Shown here piece by piece: positions 26,110-39,288 of a DNA stretch of 64,000 nt. A program made the translations under genes and the position numbers. The notes under the pieces were generated by a model. That model ran no database searches, was not told the DNA's origin, and worked only from the letters and a program-made list of their open reading frames with translations. The DNA is from Octopus sinensis (Eukaryota): positions 28,830,001-28,894,000 of the forward strand of contig NC_043020.1 in NCBI RefSeq assembly GCF_006345805.1, read 5' to 3'. Every line of letters begins with the position of its first letter. Positions within the stretch are counted from its first letter, which is position 1.

Positions 26110-26450
26110 TTACTTCATGAATGCTTTTTAGCAATTGCCATTTGGTGCATGAGAGAGTTCGATGCAGCTGCCCTCATCTGCACCTCCTACCGTGAAGTTG
26201 GTTCATCTGGGACATCTGACAAGAAGAGATCCAGTTTTATTTTAAAGACATCTGCATCCACCCCATGCAGGTCTCCCAGGTTCTTCGGGAGGATATTGAA
26301 GAGCTGTGGGCCTCGGAAGCCCAGGCTATCACAGTGTCCAAATTTGGAGTCCTTGGCACTATGCAGTGGCACCCAGTTCTGGCATTTGTGTAACTCTCGA
26401 TGCCATTGCATTGTATTCTTAAGCAAAGCACTTCATTTCATGTTCCTCTG
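26110..26450 (-). mobile_element. CR1/L2-type LINE ORF2 C-terminal remnant
   Basis: Translation SLGFRGPQLFNILPKNLGDLHGVDADVFKIKLDLFLSDVPDEP…QMRAAASNSL matches the style of CR1/L2-group RT C-termini. Confidence 0.75.
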
Positions 26451-27540
26451 CGATCATTTCATCATCTGACATGTGGCACCTGTTGCACCTGTACAGGTAA
26501 TGTCGATATGATGGAGGGAGTGAGCCTATGTCTACACAAATATTTGATCACTATAAACAAATCATCTTTGTGGTTCTTTGGTAAGGAATTGTCGAACCCT
26601 CATACATCGTCTAACGACAGGAGAGTCCATCATATACGTAGGGTAAAGATCGCTTTTGGTCACAAATGATTGAGGAATTGCACTTCGAAAGTTCACTTCC
26701 AAGGCACAAGTCCAGGCAAGGTTGTTTATGGAAGACCAACAGTCATCCATGCACACCAGCTTTCCTTCTCCAGGCCACTGATGTTGTGCAGGGGAAAAGC
26801 TGAGGCAACTTGGCACCAGTGACATCACAACTCATTTCTACACCTGACTGAACTGGAACAACCTGAAATGAAGTGTCTTGCTCAAGAACACAACATGCAG
26901 CCCAGTCCAGGAATTGAACACACAACTTCATGATTGTGAGCTTGATGTTCTAACCACTGAGCCATGTTCCATCATAAACACACATATGTATATATGTATG
27001 TATATATATGGGTGTATGTGTGTGCATGCATGTATGTGTGTGTGCTCTTACAAGCAATTAGGAAACAATTACTTTTTGGAAAATCTTTCTTTGAGACAAG
27101 TCTAACATTATCCAGTTCTCAACTCCAATGCTGAACAAAAATCTAAGCTTGTTTCAATTTGCTCTCATTTGTCTAAGTCCCTGGTGACCATTTCAAACAA
27201 GGACTGCTTTCAAATGCTTGGCAAAAAGGACGCTGGCATCATACGTCACATGGCCAATCAAAATCATTGAACACCAACTGGAATTTTATGACTTTAGACT
27301 CACTGTCGAGTAACTGTAATTACAGGTAGCTTTTAGGTATGATGAAATAGACCAGTTTACCTTCATACAGTCAACAGATTTTTTTCTTTTACTTGTTTCA
27401 GGAATTGGAATGTGGTCATGCTGGAGCACTGCTCTGCAGGGTTACAGGAACACAAACATACCAATACTGGTTGTCAGGTGGACACACATCCTATATATAT
27501 ATACACACACACACACATATATGTATATATATATACATAT

Positions 27541-27575
<35 letters not shown>

Positions 27576-27580
27576 CATAT

Positions 27581-27645
<65 letters not shown>

Positions 27646-28794
27646 GAGAGAGGGAGAGCGGGTGGGGTGGGTGGGGAACAAAGTGATAATGGGTATCAGT
27701 TAATAGTACATTATATGTTCTGGTGATATTTTACCAATCCTATTTTATCCAGTAGCAGAAGAGTTTAACAGGAAAGCCAGGTGTGTGTTAGAAATAGTCT
27801 ACATATAGATATATAAATACAGAACGATGGTGTTGCGATTATTTTACATAATTAGAACAGTCTATGAAATAGTTGAGTGATAGAGAATAGATTTTACAAA
27901 AGAAACAGTAAAAAAATATGGAGAAAAATAAAATAAAACAAAGTCAGTGCATAATAATAATTACAGGAACCTTTTTTTAATTGTACGTCGAGCCAATTTT
28001 TATTTTTTTTATATATAAAATAAGTTTAATCTGTTCAATCAAGAGTATAATTAATTTCAGTTCCTCCTCTTAGTTTACATTAGGATTAAAAATATGCTAT
28101 GAGACAATTTAGTTGGCTGTTAAAAGGGGATAAATTACAGTTAATTAGTCATTCTCATTACGGAATGAAAAGAAAGAAAGGATATAAGGGAGGCAACTCT
28201 TACCTTTTCTTTTTCTCTTTTATTTCAAAATGAAACGAGCAGAGTAAATGCCATTCGCGAAATGCTAAACTACAAAAACATTATCCAATCTGCCCTTTTA
28301 TTTTTAACCCTTTTACTGCAGAAATCAAATAAATCCACCCAAAATTTAATCACCCTAAACTTCGGTATGAACAGAACAGAATCCTGAAATAGAATTGTTA
28401 ACAGTAGAATCAACAAAATATCGGTTCCAAATTTTGGCACATGACCAGCGAGTCCAGGGGAGGTGTAGGTCGATAACCTCAACCCCAGTACACAACTGGT
28501 ACTAACTTTATTGACCCTGAAAGGATGAAAGGTAAAGTCGACTTTGGCAGAATATGAACCCAGAATATAAAGATGGACGGGATTCTGCTGAACATCTCCC
28601 CTGGTGTTCTAAGGATTTTGCCAGCTTGCTGCCTTGGCACCAGTAAAATATTAATATTAGCAATATTTAAGTGAATTTGATGATTATTTCAATAATTTGT
28701 GCTGAAACGGTAAAGAATTAGGTTTATACATTCAGTAGAAACACATGAAATATATATGGATACCATTAGTAGAATTGTACAGTAAGAACATTCC

Positions 28795-29010
28795 GTTGTG
28801 TCTGGGGAGAGTCATTTTCTTTTTGCGCCTTATAATGTAACACACTCACCGGTAAAATTTCCATTTATTTCTTAAGTCAAGACTATTGAAAAGGTTGCAA
28901 GACGCAATGAAAATTTTAGGAAAATAAAAATAAGAAAAAAGTGGAAATTTTACCGGTGAGTGTGTTAAATTATAAGGCACAAAAAGAAAATGACTCTCCC
29001 CAGACACAAC
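28795..29010. mobile_element. Inverted-repeat element (~78-bp arms) with HHR-like spacer
   Basis: gttgtgtctggggagagtc…aaatttcca pairs with tggaaattt…gactctccccagacacaac. Confidence 0.8.
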
Positions 29011-29848
29011 AGAATATGCTTCAACACACCAACTCATATAAAGAATCTTGCAAACCAAATCCAAAAACGAAATACAGTAAGAACAGCTTTGGTAGAATTA
29101 GTAGAAATAGTAAATGTTCCTTACCAGACGTACATAGCATTCGTCGTCAGATTTATCTGGCAAGTCATTTGAACATTGGTATTTCTTGAATAAGCGGTAG
29201 ATCAAAAGTGAACCGATTCCTAGACCTATTCCTAAGACACACAACAATCCAGCAGCTTTGGCTGTAAAAGAGAAAAGAAAACAAAAAACGTATTTTTAGT
29301 CAAAGTTTTTAACTTCTGTTCACTTGTACAATGTTTTTTTATTTAATCCTCTTGGTGGCAACTTGCATGAAACCACATTCAGTTCTCTGTTACAAATTTC
29401 CTGTTTTAAAGCTACGTAAATTAAAAATCTTCCATCAAAATTCCATGGAAGTTTTATATTTCAAATACCAGCTGAATTATGCAAAAGTTATTTTACTAAA
29501 TTCTTCAAGGTGGTGCCCCAGCATGGCCACAGTCTGGTAACTGAAACAAGTAAAAGATTATTTTCAAAATCAGCTGAAACAAAGGTTGTGCATTCCAACA
29601 AAAATATGATAATAAAAGTGTTAAGTAGTCAAGGCTGTTGGCAAGTTTCACTTTTGAAAACGAAACTGCAATCTGAACCTACAAATTTCCAATGTATTTA
29701 GGGAAGAACCAAAAGGTTAATCCATAAAAAATCTCCCTTAATCCCCTGAATATGCAGGGCAAGTAACATCATACTAATCTTGCAACTGGGTTAATCTATC
29801 AATGTCTGGAATGCTTTAAACCCTTTAGTATTTAAACTGGTCATATCC

Positions 29849-30217
29849 ATTAGAAAATTACTATTTTTAAATCTCACAATGAGAGATATTCAGCAACAGT
29901 ACTTTTGAAGTAAAGATTGTTTGCCAACATAACATGGCAGTCCTGGTTTAGGACGAATGTTGCTGTAATTTAGCCCCCAGGAGACATCGTCTCCGGCTGG
30001 TTATACGACACGATCTGTGTCCTTATATTTTCAAACAAGGGAATCTAGCACCCCCACTCAGCTCAAAACAATATCTGTGTATTGCAATTTCCGGGTTATT
30101 TTCCTTCATCAGCACAGAATAACTGTTCAGCTAGAGGTGTCGCTGCCAAATTCCCGTTCAGAATATATAGTTTGCAAAGTGACAACTAGTCACTGATTTA
30201 TAAATTAGAAAATTACT
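29849..30217 (-). mobile_element. Retrozyme/Penelope-like non-autonomous insert with terminal redundancy
   Basis: attagaaaattact at both ends, flanking ATATCC duplication, internal canonical HHR; partial second copy at 54395-54619. Confidence 0.65.
30074..30118 (-). ncRNA. Minimal type I hammerhead ribozyme, canonical core
   Basis: UCUGUG-CUGAUGA-AGGAAAAUAACCCG-GAA-AUUGCAAU-A-CACAGA: 6-bp stem I, 8-nt palindromic stem III, AUA site; stem II weak. Confidence 0.8.
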
Positions 30218-30915
30218 ATATCCAGCTCAAATATTCTTCCTGTTTTTAAGCTCAAACTGTTCAGATCCAGAGTCTTGTACCTACCCTAGAATATCATTCA
30301 AAAAATAAACAATTACATCATTAAAATCTTGAAGCTACGAGATAATGCTTGATTAATTCAAGATAAGGTGAGTAAATAAGCCTTATGTTTGACAGAGTAA
30401 TCTGAATGCTGAAGTGTTAATCGCAGGCCTCTTGGATCAGGAGGAAACAACATCAATAGCATCATCCAGTATGGTGTTCGACTTTCTTGAGACCATATGG
30501 AAGTTATTTTATCAAACCCCTTCTCAAGAAAACTATGATAAATATACATGAATGACTATACTTTTACTCAAGATCACCAATAATTTAATATTCATCAGGG
30601 TCTGTGCATATATTTAGTGTCAAGTAAAGTGTTCTGATTAATTTTGAAAATCTGATCATTTTATGCTTAACCACAGAATTTGTGTAGCCATAAATATTTA
30701 TGAATGGTTTCTGGTTTTCAGAAAAACAAATGAACTTGTCAGAAGGTTTACTAAAAGGACATGTTAAATAGGATGGATGGCTGGTAGAAACTCGCAAGAA
30801 CTAGAAGAGAAAAGCACAATTTGTTAGGTCACTGGAAACGCATGTCTCAAGACGAATCAACTACAGAGATGGTAGGGGTTTTACGGGGCAATATCTTATG
30901 AGACAACCAAGCATT

Positions 30916-31149
30916 CTTATTTCTTTATTGCCCACAAGGGGCTACACACAGAGGGGACAAACAAGGACAGACAAAGGCGTTAAGTTGATTACATTGACCC
31001 CAGTGTGCAACTTGTACGTAATTTAATCGACCCCGAAAGGATGAAAGGCAAAGTCGACCTAGGCGGAATTTGAACTCAGAACATAAAGACAGACGAAATA
31101 CCGCATAGCATTTCGCCCGGTGTGCTAACGGTTCTGCCAGGTCGCTGCC
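30916..31149 (-). mobile_element. SINE family C, full length
   Basis: Reverse of the family C head and body, with a cttgtgggcaataaagaaataagaa tail. Confidence 0.8.
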
Positions 31150-33274
31150 AGCGAGTGCTATATGAACCTGTAGAAAATAGAATACAACAAGTAAGATACA
31201 AGCAAGGTCCAGACTCGGTTTGCTAAGGAGTTCTGTTCCCAACCACGTGGTCTCTGATCTGAGTTTACTGTTTAGTGTTTTGAGTGTCTTCCAGCAAAAC
31301 CTTGGGTTGACCAATAACCATATGAGTGGAATTTAGTAGACAAAAACCATGCTGGAGCTCACTGAATATCTGTATATTCATATAAATATAAACATATATA
31401 GATTATCTTTCAATTGTTTCAATCACAGTATTATGGCCAAAGAGGGGACTAATAAAACAAGCAGCGGACTGCAGTGAGCACCAGGAACCGTTTTAATTGA
31501 ATAAACACTCCAACACAGTGCCCCAGCATAACTATCATCGAACGACAGTAACAAGAACAAGAACAAAAAACCTACCAAAATAGACAAAAAACAAAAACAT
31601 AACAAAAGCAACCTCCAACAACTTAGCTTAACCACTTGTTAACAATGTTAAGAATTAAAACAATTCCCAGAAAAAAAAAATAGGAAGATGGTTATGCAAG
31701 ACAGCAGATAAATGGTTAACCGGTTGCCAGAATTACCAACACAAAATGGCAATACAACAACAGGCGTTGTACAAGCGCGAGGAACTCTATAAATAAATAA
31801 GAGAAACAAAGCAGATTCAGTGATTAGAATGTTTCACAATGAAACAGAATTACTCAATAGCTCAGCGGAACTGGTAGGGATGCTTGCCAAGTCTAAAACT
31901 GTTCATGAAATAATGCCATCTTCTCCCTTTGTATTTTGTTTTTTTTTCTTCCTATCTCACCTTACGGATGGTTATTATTGCTACAGGTGTATAGAATCTG
32001 AAACGTTCGTTAGAGAGAGCTTAGTAATGTGAAGGAATATATATATGTGCACTTTTGTATACGTTTGGTGTCGAGTGCCAATGTGTGCACCTCTTTGTGT
32101 GTGTGTATGTGTGTGTGTGTGAATCGGTGGTGTTGTATATACAGCTTAGTATGTGGAGTGTATGTGTATGTGTATTTTTGTATACGTTTCTACATGCATG
32201 CGTGTACTTCTGTATACATATGTGTGAGTCAGTGAAACTTTATATATGTGTTTGTGTGTCTATGTGTGTACATATGTTTCTGTATGCATGTCAATGTGTA
32301 TGTGTATATATATGTACATATATATATAACTGTGTATGTTTCTTTCTCCCCTCATTCATTCTGCTAAAATTCTTCAGCAAAAATCCCGTAAGATACAAGG
32401 GCTATTGTATCTGCTATTACATTCTTTTTGCAATTTGAACACTATATGATGCTTTACGCCTGCATACACACACACACACACACACATGTATATACATATA
32501 AACACACAAACATATACACACTCACATGAACACATACATACATAAGGAAAAGGTTCATGACCGTTCACAGTGCAAAGTGGAAACGGAGAAGAGGAAGAGA
32601 GAGAGAGAAGGGAAGGAGAGAAAGAAGAGGGAAGGAGAGGGAGAGAGAGAGAGAAGGTGAGCTATATTTGTCAACAATCCCTTTGGTGTTGTACAAAACA
32701 ATTACAAAGGTCTAAGCACCGTGGATGTCTGGTATACTCAACCAAAGAAGTCAGCTAGTTTTCTCAAGATACTGAGCATCTTCTGAGAGGAAAAGGGGCT
32801 TAAACCTAATAAGGATCCCATAAGCCAAACCCCACCAACAACAGAGTTGAACCTAAGAGAACCAAGTTTGAAGGCGTTGATGGTAACAGATCCAGTTTCT
32901 GTTCCAGGCCAAAGTTGGTATGCCTCACTTAAGGAGAAATACTATCCAGAGTTTCACAAATTGTGATGCAAGATCTTGAAGACATGATGGCGATAGCAAA
33001 GAGTTAGCAATCAACAGCGGCAAATAGAAAGAGTTTGGTTCTCTAAAGAGGAAAGTTCAAAGAACTTCAAATAATTTTGGTCAATTTTGCTGCTGAGGGT
33101 TGAAGGGAAAGAGGTTTTCAGTATTGCTTCTGAAAAACTGATGGAGTTTCTCCCCCAAAACTGCAACATCAGCTCATATGTGCATAAAGGTGGGCTTCTC
33201 ACGTTTTCTGGTCGCTTATACATATATACACACGCACACTCATACAAACACACACACATATATACATAAACATA

Positions 33275-33560
33275 GCTGTGTGGTAGGAAGTTTGCTTCCT
33301 AACCAAATGGTTCTGGGTTCAGTTCCACTGCGTGGCACCTTGGGCAAGTGCTTTCTACTAAAGTCTCAAGCTGATCAAAGCCTTGGGAGCGGATTTGGTA
33401 GATGGAAACTAAAAGAATCCCATCATGTGTGTGTGTGTGTGTGTGTGCGCCTTTGTGTTCGTCCCTTACCATCGCTTGACAACTGGTGTTGGTTTGTTTA
33501 TGACCCCCATAACTTAGCAGTTTGGCAAAAGAGACCAACAGAATAAGTACCAGACCTAAC
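33275..33560 (+). mobile_element. SINE family A
   Basis: gctgtgtggtaggaagtttgc…ttagcagtttggcaaaagagaccaacagaataagtac. Confidence 0.8.
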
Positions 33561-34204
33561 AATATGTACTGTATTGGGGTCATCATTATATATAAATATA
33601 ATCAGTCTTTGTCATCATTATAGTCATTGTCATCACCATCATCATCATCATCATCATCTTTACATCCACTTTCCATGCTGACATACGTAGGATGGGTCAT
33701 CATGACCCAAGTTCATATTACAAGTTATTTTCATTCTTTGACAGGTTGAAGGACCACGCCTCACAGATAACATTCCATATTCAGCTCCTGTGGTGTCAGA
33801 ATACCCTTTCTAATGCCAAGCAGTCAACAGACTGCACTGGATGCATTTTATTGTTGCACCAGCACAAGAAGGGTTAAGTAATGCCTCCCCTCAAATGCTA
33901 ATCCCTTTACAATAGATATTTGTTCTATGAAACCCTTCACTCCCTAAGGTGCACAGGCTGTTGACATCTTTTCTTCATTGTTCATTGTCTTTTCTGCTTC
34001 TCTCCAACTGGATCCCTACTTTTTCAGTTCAGCCACAGTATCTCACTTTCTTGGATTTTGCTGCACTATGTCATAAGTTTCCCCAAGGAATGGTCTTCCT
34101 CTCTCAGGTTTTGTTGGCCCTGAATTGCCTTTGATTCTTGTGTAACTTTTCTTTTTTTGTTGGCTCTACACAAATCCCTTTTTAGCTCTGGGAAGAGATG
34201 GTCC

Positions 34205-34310
34205 ACATTAGTCTGGCCACTACCCTTTCAGCTATCCAGTATGGGAGAGTCCATCAGGAACTTATGCTCAGCTGGCATAGCTCTCAGGGTCATTGCAGCC
34301 ACAGGCCATC
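34205..34310 (+). mobile_element. Possible RTE-clade 5' UTR remnant
   Basis: …ctcagctggcatagctctcagggtcattg… resembles RTE 5' regions; from recall only. Confidence 0.25.
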
Positions 34311-34761
34311 ATACAAACACAAAAAAAATGGATCTTGTGGTAGCTTTACAAAGTATACTGGATGCATTTTATCATGGCACCAAGCATTATTGAAGATACC
34401 CTGTGATTTGCAAGACTAAAGAGTTGTCACCACTCTTCAGAGTCTCCGTTCATTCAAAGCAACATGACCAGGTGGGGCTGTGCTGATTGGCTGGTTTTTA
34501 ACCAATGGAAAGCATTGAGATAATTTTATCAGCTGGTTTTCATTTTTTGGCGCAAATTAATACAAAAAAGGAAAAAAAAAAAGAACGAATTCAATGAGAA
34601 GAAATTTAACAATTCCAGCTATGAGTTATGGTTGTATTTGCTGTTTTTATAAGTAATATATGAGTATATGGAGATTTGACAAGGAGTGAACTTGAGAGAC
34701 AGGAGCTATGGGAAGTTGGCTATGGTAAAATTGCTATAGGGTGAATAGAAGAGAGATAGAG

Positions 34762-34793
<32 letters not shown>

Positions 34794-35332
34794 TGAGAGA
34801 GTGAGTGAGAGACAGAGAGAAAGATAGAGATAGAGAGATATATATATAGAGAGAGCATAAAAACAGTCAAGTATATTAGCTACATGTACAGCTACCCACA
34901 TGTGGGTTATCTTTCTGTGTTTCTTTTTCTTATACATTCTTAAATACAAAAACATGCACACACGTGTGTGTGTGTGTGTGTGCGTGTGTGTGCGTGTGCA
35001 TGCATGTGTGTGTGTGTGTGTGTGTGTGTGTGAACATTTATACATCCAACAACATTCAAATAAAGCTGTCTATGTGCAGAAAGACAAATCACAACACTAC
35101 ACACACAAAACTTGGACATCCATGGCATAAACCTGGAAATGTCGAGTCTGTATTCCTAAGTCAGGCTCTCGTATGGACTCAGACAATTTAGTTTTGACCA
35201 GCACATGCTCCATATTTCCTGCAATAAGTTCTTTCAAGACTACATCACAACAATAAGGAAGGACATTGTATCAATACAGGCAGGAGGTAAATATTCTTAA
35301 ACATTTTCTCTCCTTCTCCCTCTCTCTCCCCC

Positions 35333-35365
<33 letters not shown>

Positions 35366-35479
35366 CTGTCTCTCTCTTCCTTTCTGTCCCTCTTGTTTGG
35401 TCATATGCCATATATCTACTACTACAGCACAACTGGTCTAAGAGCCAACATCAACAGTATTTGCTCACCATTGTCTTAT

Positions 35480-35491
35480 AATTACATACAT

Positions 35492-35534
<43 letters not shown>

Positions 35535-36130
35535 ACACACACACAGAACATCCCAATCACATTCCTGAAGGTAATGACAGACTAATGAAAACACACTTAC
35601 ACACACCCACACAAACACATACGCACACACACTGAGATTTATTCACACGTAAGAAAATTTTGCTGACATTTCCCACAGACAATGTCATACAAACACACAC
35701 AAACACGCACACGCATGCACACACAAAAACACACACACATATGGACACACAAACACATACACACAAACACACACACGCATACACATATACACACACACGC
35801 ATACACATATACACACACACGCATACACATATACACAAACCCACAAGCACTAAAAACACGCATACACAAATACACAGATATACACACATACACACATACA
35901 CACACCCAAACACACACACACAAGCACACACATACACACACAAACACACACATGCACACACATATATACAAACCTACAAGCACTAAAAACACGCATACAC
36001 ACACATACACAAACAGATACACACATACACACGCACACACATATATACAAACCCTGAAGCACTAAAAACATACATGCACACACACCTAAATACACACACA
36101 AGCACACACATGCACACACACCAAAACACA
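35480..36130. repeat. Compound CA-rich microsatellite with a recurring aagcactaaaaaca anchor
   Basis: Direct reading; the anchor appears three times. Confidence 0.9.
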
Positions 36131-36369
36131 CATAGAATTAACAAACAAGGAATTGTCATATTCTTTGAAACGTTTGACTGAAAAAGACAAGAATTCTTGT
36201 GGAAACCTACCGAGAAAGATTTTAAACTTTACTCTGGTCATGAAGTTCTGCCAGATCTCATCTATTCGGTAAAAGAAGACCAGAGCGGCAAAAATCATAG
36301 CAGGCTCCCGGTTTACATATAGAATGGCAGGAAGGAGGTGAAACGAGAGACAGACAGACAGACAGAGAG

Positions 36370-36444
<75 letters not shown>

Positions 36445-37187
36445 GGCGGCAGAGAAATTAGGTTTGTTGTAGCAGATAAGTTAGCAAGGGTTGGGACAGC
36501 ATGCTTCTGTACTAATTTTGGGTTTTTTTGCAAAGATTAAATAAAAGAAAAGAAAAGAAAAAAAGAAAAAGAAAAGAAAGAAAGAAAGAGTGTAAGTTGG
36601 AACAACAACAGCAGCAGAAATCTCACTGCTACTGTTACCGAAAAACCACCACCGTTATTATCATTATCTAACCTAGATGCACTGATAATGAAGTGTGTGT
36701 GTGTGTATATATATATATACATACACATACATACCTGCATATATATATATATATATACATACATATACATACACACATACACATATATATATACATATAT
36801 TCTATACATATATATATATACATATGTATATACATATACATATATATATATATATATATACATATATATACACACACACACACATATATATATATATCAT
36901 GCACATATAAATACATACAAACATAGACACATATATATTTATATGTGTATATGTATGTATATATGCACACACACACAAATGCATGGGTGCATGTGGACAC
37001 ACACACTCATACATACATGTTTCAGGTTCGGTCCCACTGTATGGTACAGTGTGCAAGTGTCTGCTATTATAGCCATAGACTTACAAACACCTTGTGAGTG
37101 AATCTGGTAGACAAAAACTGTATGGAAGCCCATCTAACACACACGCACACACACACACACACGTACATATACATATATGTATGTATG

Positions 37188-37230
<43 letters not shown>

Positions 37231-37424
37231 TCACTGAGTGGTTGGCATTAGGAAGGGCATCCAGCCGTAGAAACACTGCCAGATCAGACTGGGCCTGATG
37301 CAGCCTTCTGGCTTCACAGACCCCAGTTGAACCGTCCAACCCATACTAGCATGGAAAGCGGACGCTAAATGATGATGATGATGATGATGATGATATCGAT
37401 GATCTGACCCCATCAGAATGCTGG

Positions 37425-38212
37425 AATTTGTCACTGAAATCCAGGAGGTCGTCAACAGTGATCCCTTGCAAGCTGATGTGTGCCATTGCATGGGAGAAAG
37501 GTGTGGATGAAAAGCTCAAGGGGCTGGTGGTGTTTGAGGACATCCATTACTGTTCATACAAGATGAAGAAGGAACAATTTCTGTCCAAGGCGATGCAGGA
37601 AAAGCATCATCAAAGAAGCTGATCAACAAGTTGAGACAATCCCTGGAGCCAGACAAGCTGTGCTTCTTCTCTGATGAGAAGAATTTCTTCCAAGACCAGA
37701 CCAACTCCAAGAACAACAGATGGCTTGCTGTCTTACCTAAGGACATGCTCAGAGACATGAAGACGAAATTTCCAGCAACAATCATGGCCTCGGGTGTCGT
37801 TAGCAGTGAAGGTGATGTCATGGTACCCCTATTTCTTTCTCTGAGGGCCTCAGGTTGAGCACTGATGGTTACATCCATGTTCTGAGTGAGGTGGTGATTT
37901 CCTCTGTCAACTGGGTAGCTGCAAGGAAGCCATGTGTGTGGCAGCAAGACTCTGCACCCTGCCGGAAGACCCATGCCTGGCTGTTGGAGATTTTATTTGA
38001 TCTCACAGCACCTGACATTTGACCTCCCAACTCACCTGACAGCTACCCTCTTGACTTCTTTGTATGGGGCATCGTGGAACGAGAGTCCAACAAATCCAAC
38101 TACAATACAAAGAACAAATGAGGGCTAGGATTACCAGGGTCGTTAGGGGCCTAAAAGCTGGGATAGTGACGAAGGCTTCTAGACGGTTCCAAGGTCACCT
38201 GGTGGCTGTAAT
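37425..38212 (+). pseudogene. Decayed Tc1/mariner-superfamily transposase (DDD type)
   Basis: Motifs FFSDEKNF, VWQQDSAP and *PPNSPDSYPLDFFVWG, with stops and frameshifts. Confidence 0.85.
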
Positions 38213-38303
38213 CGGGTGCCATGTAGTGGGATTGAACCCAGAACCAAGTGGTAAGGAAGCAAGCTTCTTAACACACAGCCATGCCTACATCTCTGTCTGT
38301 CTG

Positions 38304-38352
<49 letters not shown>

Positions 38353-38978
38353 CGCAGACACACATGCATGAATACATGCACACACACACACACACAAACA
38401 AGCCTGTCCTGATCCTACTTGGACTTAAGAAACATACATCTTAGTTGAGTGTCCAACTCAACTCTCTCACTCGAGTAGAGACTCTGCTCTAATTCCAGTG
38501 AAATGTTATAAGGCCCTCATGCTTTCCGAAATCTGCCGAAACTACACCTGATTATATATACACTTTAGATGAGTTGTAGTGCACCTGAGCACTGTACACA
38601 ATGTTTTATTATTATTATTATTTTTTTTTTATGATGTGACATTTCATGCCATGAAGCGATTTTGTCCATAAAAATAGGGAAAAAGAAGTTATCATTATTA
38701 TTATAATACAAAATTTCCTTAATCTATGTCTGCTTTCTTGCGAGAAATTAAGATTAAAAAACGTAAATCGTGGTTATTGGGAAGATGAAGAAAAACTGTG
38801 AATTGTTAGGAGTGTTGCTGAACTAGAATGAAATAAACAATTGGGTTAATATAATCAACACGAAAATGACGTGACTGATGATAAACTGGTGGTTTATTTC
38901 AAGGTTATGCATGAAGAGAATAACAGATTCTTGTTTCAGTTCAAATAATAGCAATTGCCAACATGAAGACACTTGTCT

Positions 38979-39288
38979 TTAACCCTTTGCCTAAACAGTT
39001 TGTCCTGAACATCCATGATTCTTTTCAGACTTTTAGTTAACTCTTGTTTCATACATTCTGAGTGATATAAAGCTTTCCTTTCTTAAGTCCCAAGTCACTC
39101 TAGGAGCTGACGAACATGGGAAATGTGTATCATACATAATGCATAGACACTAGGGAAAAAATATGTTCTGTGTATCACGTGTGATACAAAGGACAGACAA
39201 AATTAGGTTATGTGCATCATATGTGATGTGTAGAAGCCAGGAAATTATGTCCTGTGTATCATGACACATAGAAAAGACAAAGGGTTAA
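38979..39288. mobile_element. TTAA-flanked MITE (family P3)
   Basis: TTAAccctttg…caaagggTTAA; internal tgtgtatca repeats. Confidence 0.7.

Larger units (their letters stand above)
29816..30420. mobile_element. TTAA-flanked MITE (family P2) interrupted by a ribozyme-bearing insert
   Basis: The halves ttaaaccctttagt…catatcc and atatccagctc…gctgaagtgttaa match 41201-41410. Confidence 0.75.

Noticed and set aside
29849-29864. 16-bp direct repeat read as a target-site duplication
   Set aside because: The same sequence is part of the 54.4-kb copy, so it belongs to the element; the 6-bp ATATCC fits the host MITE instead.
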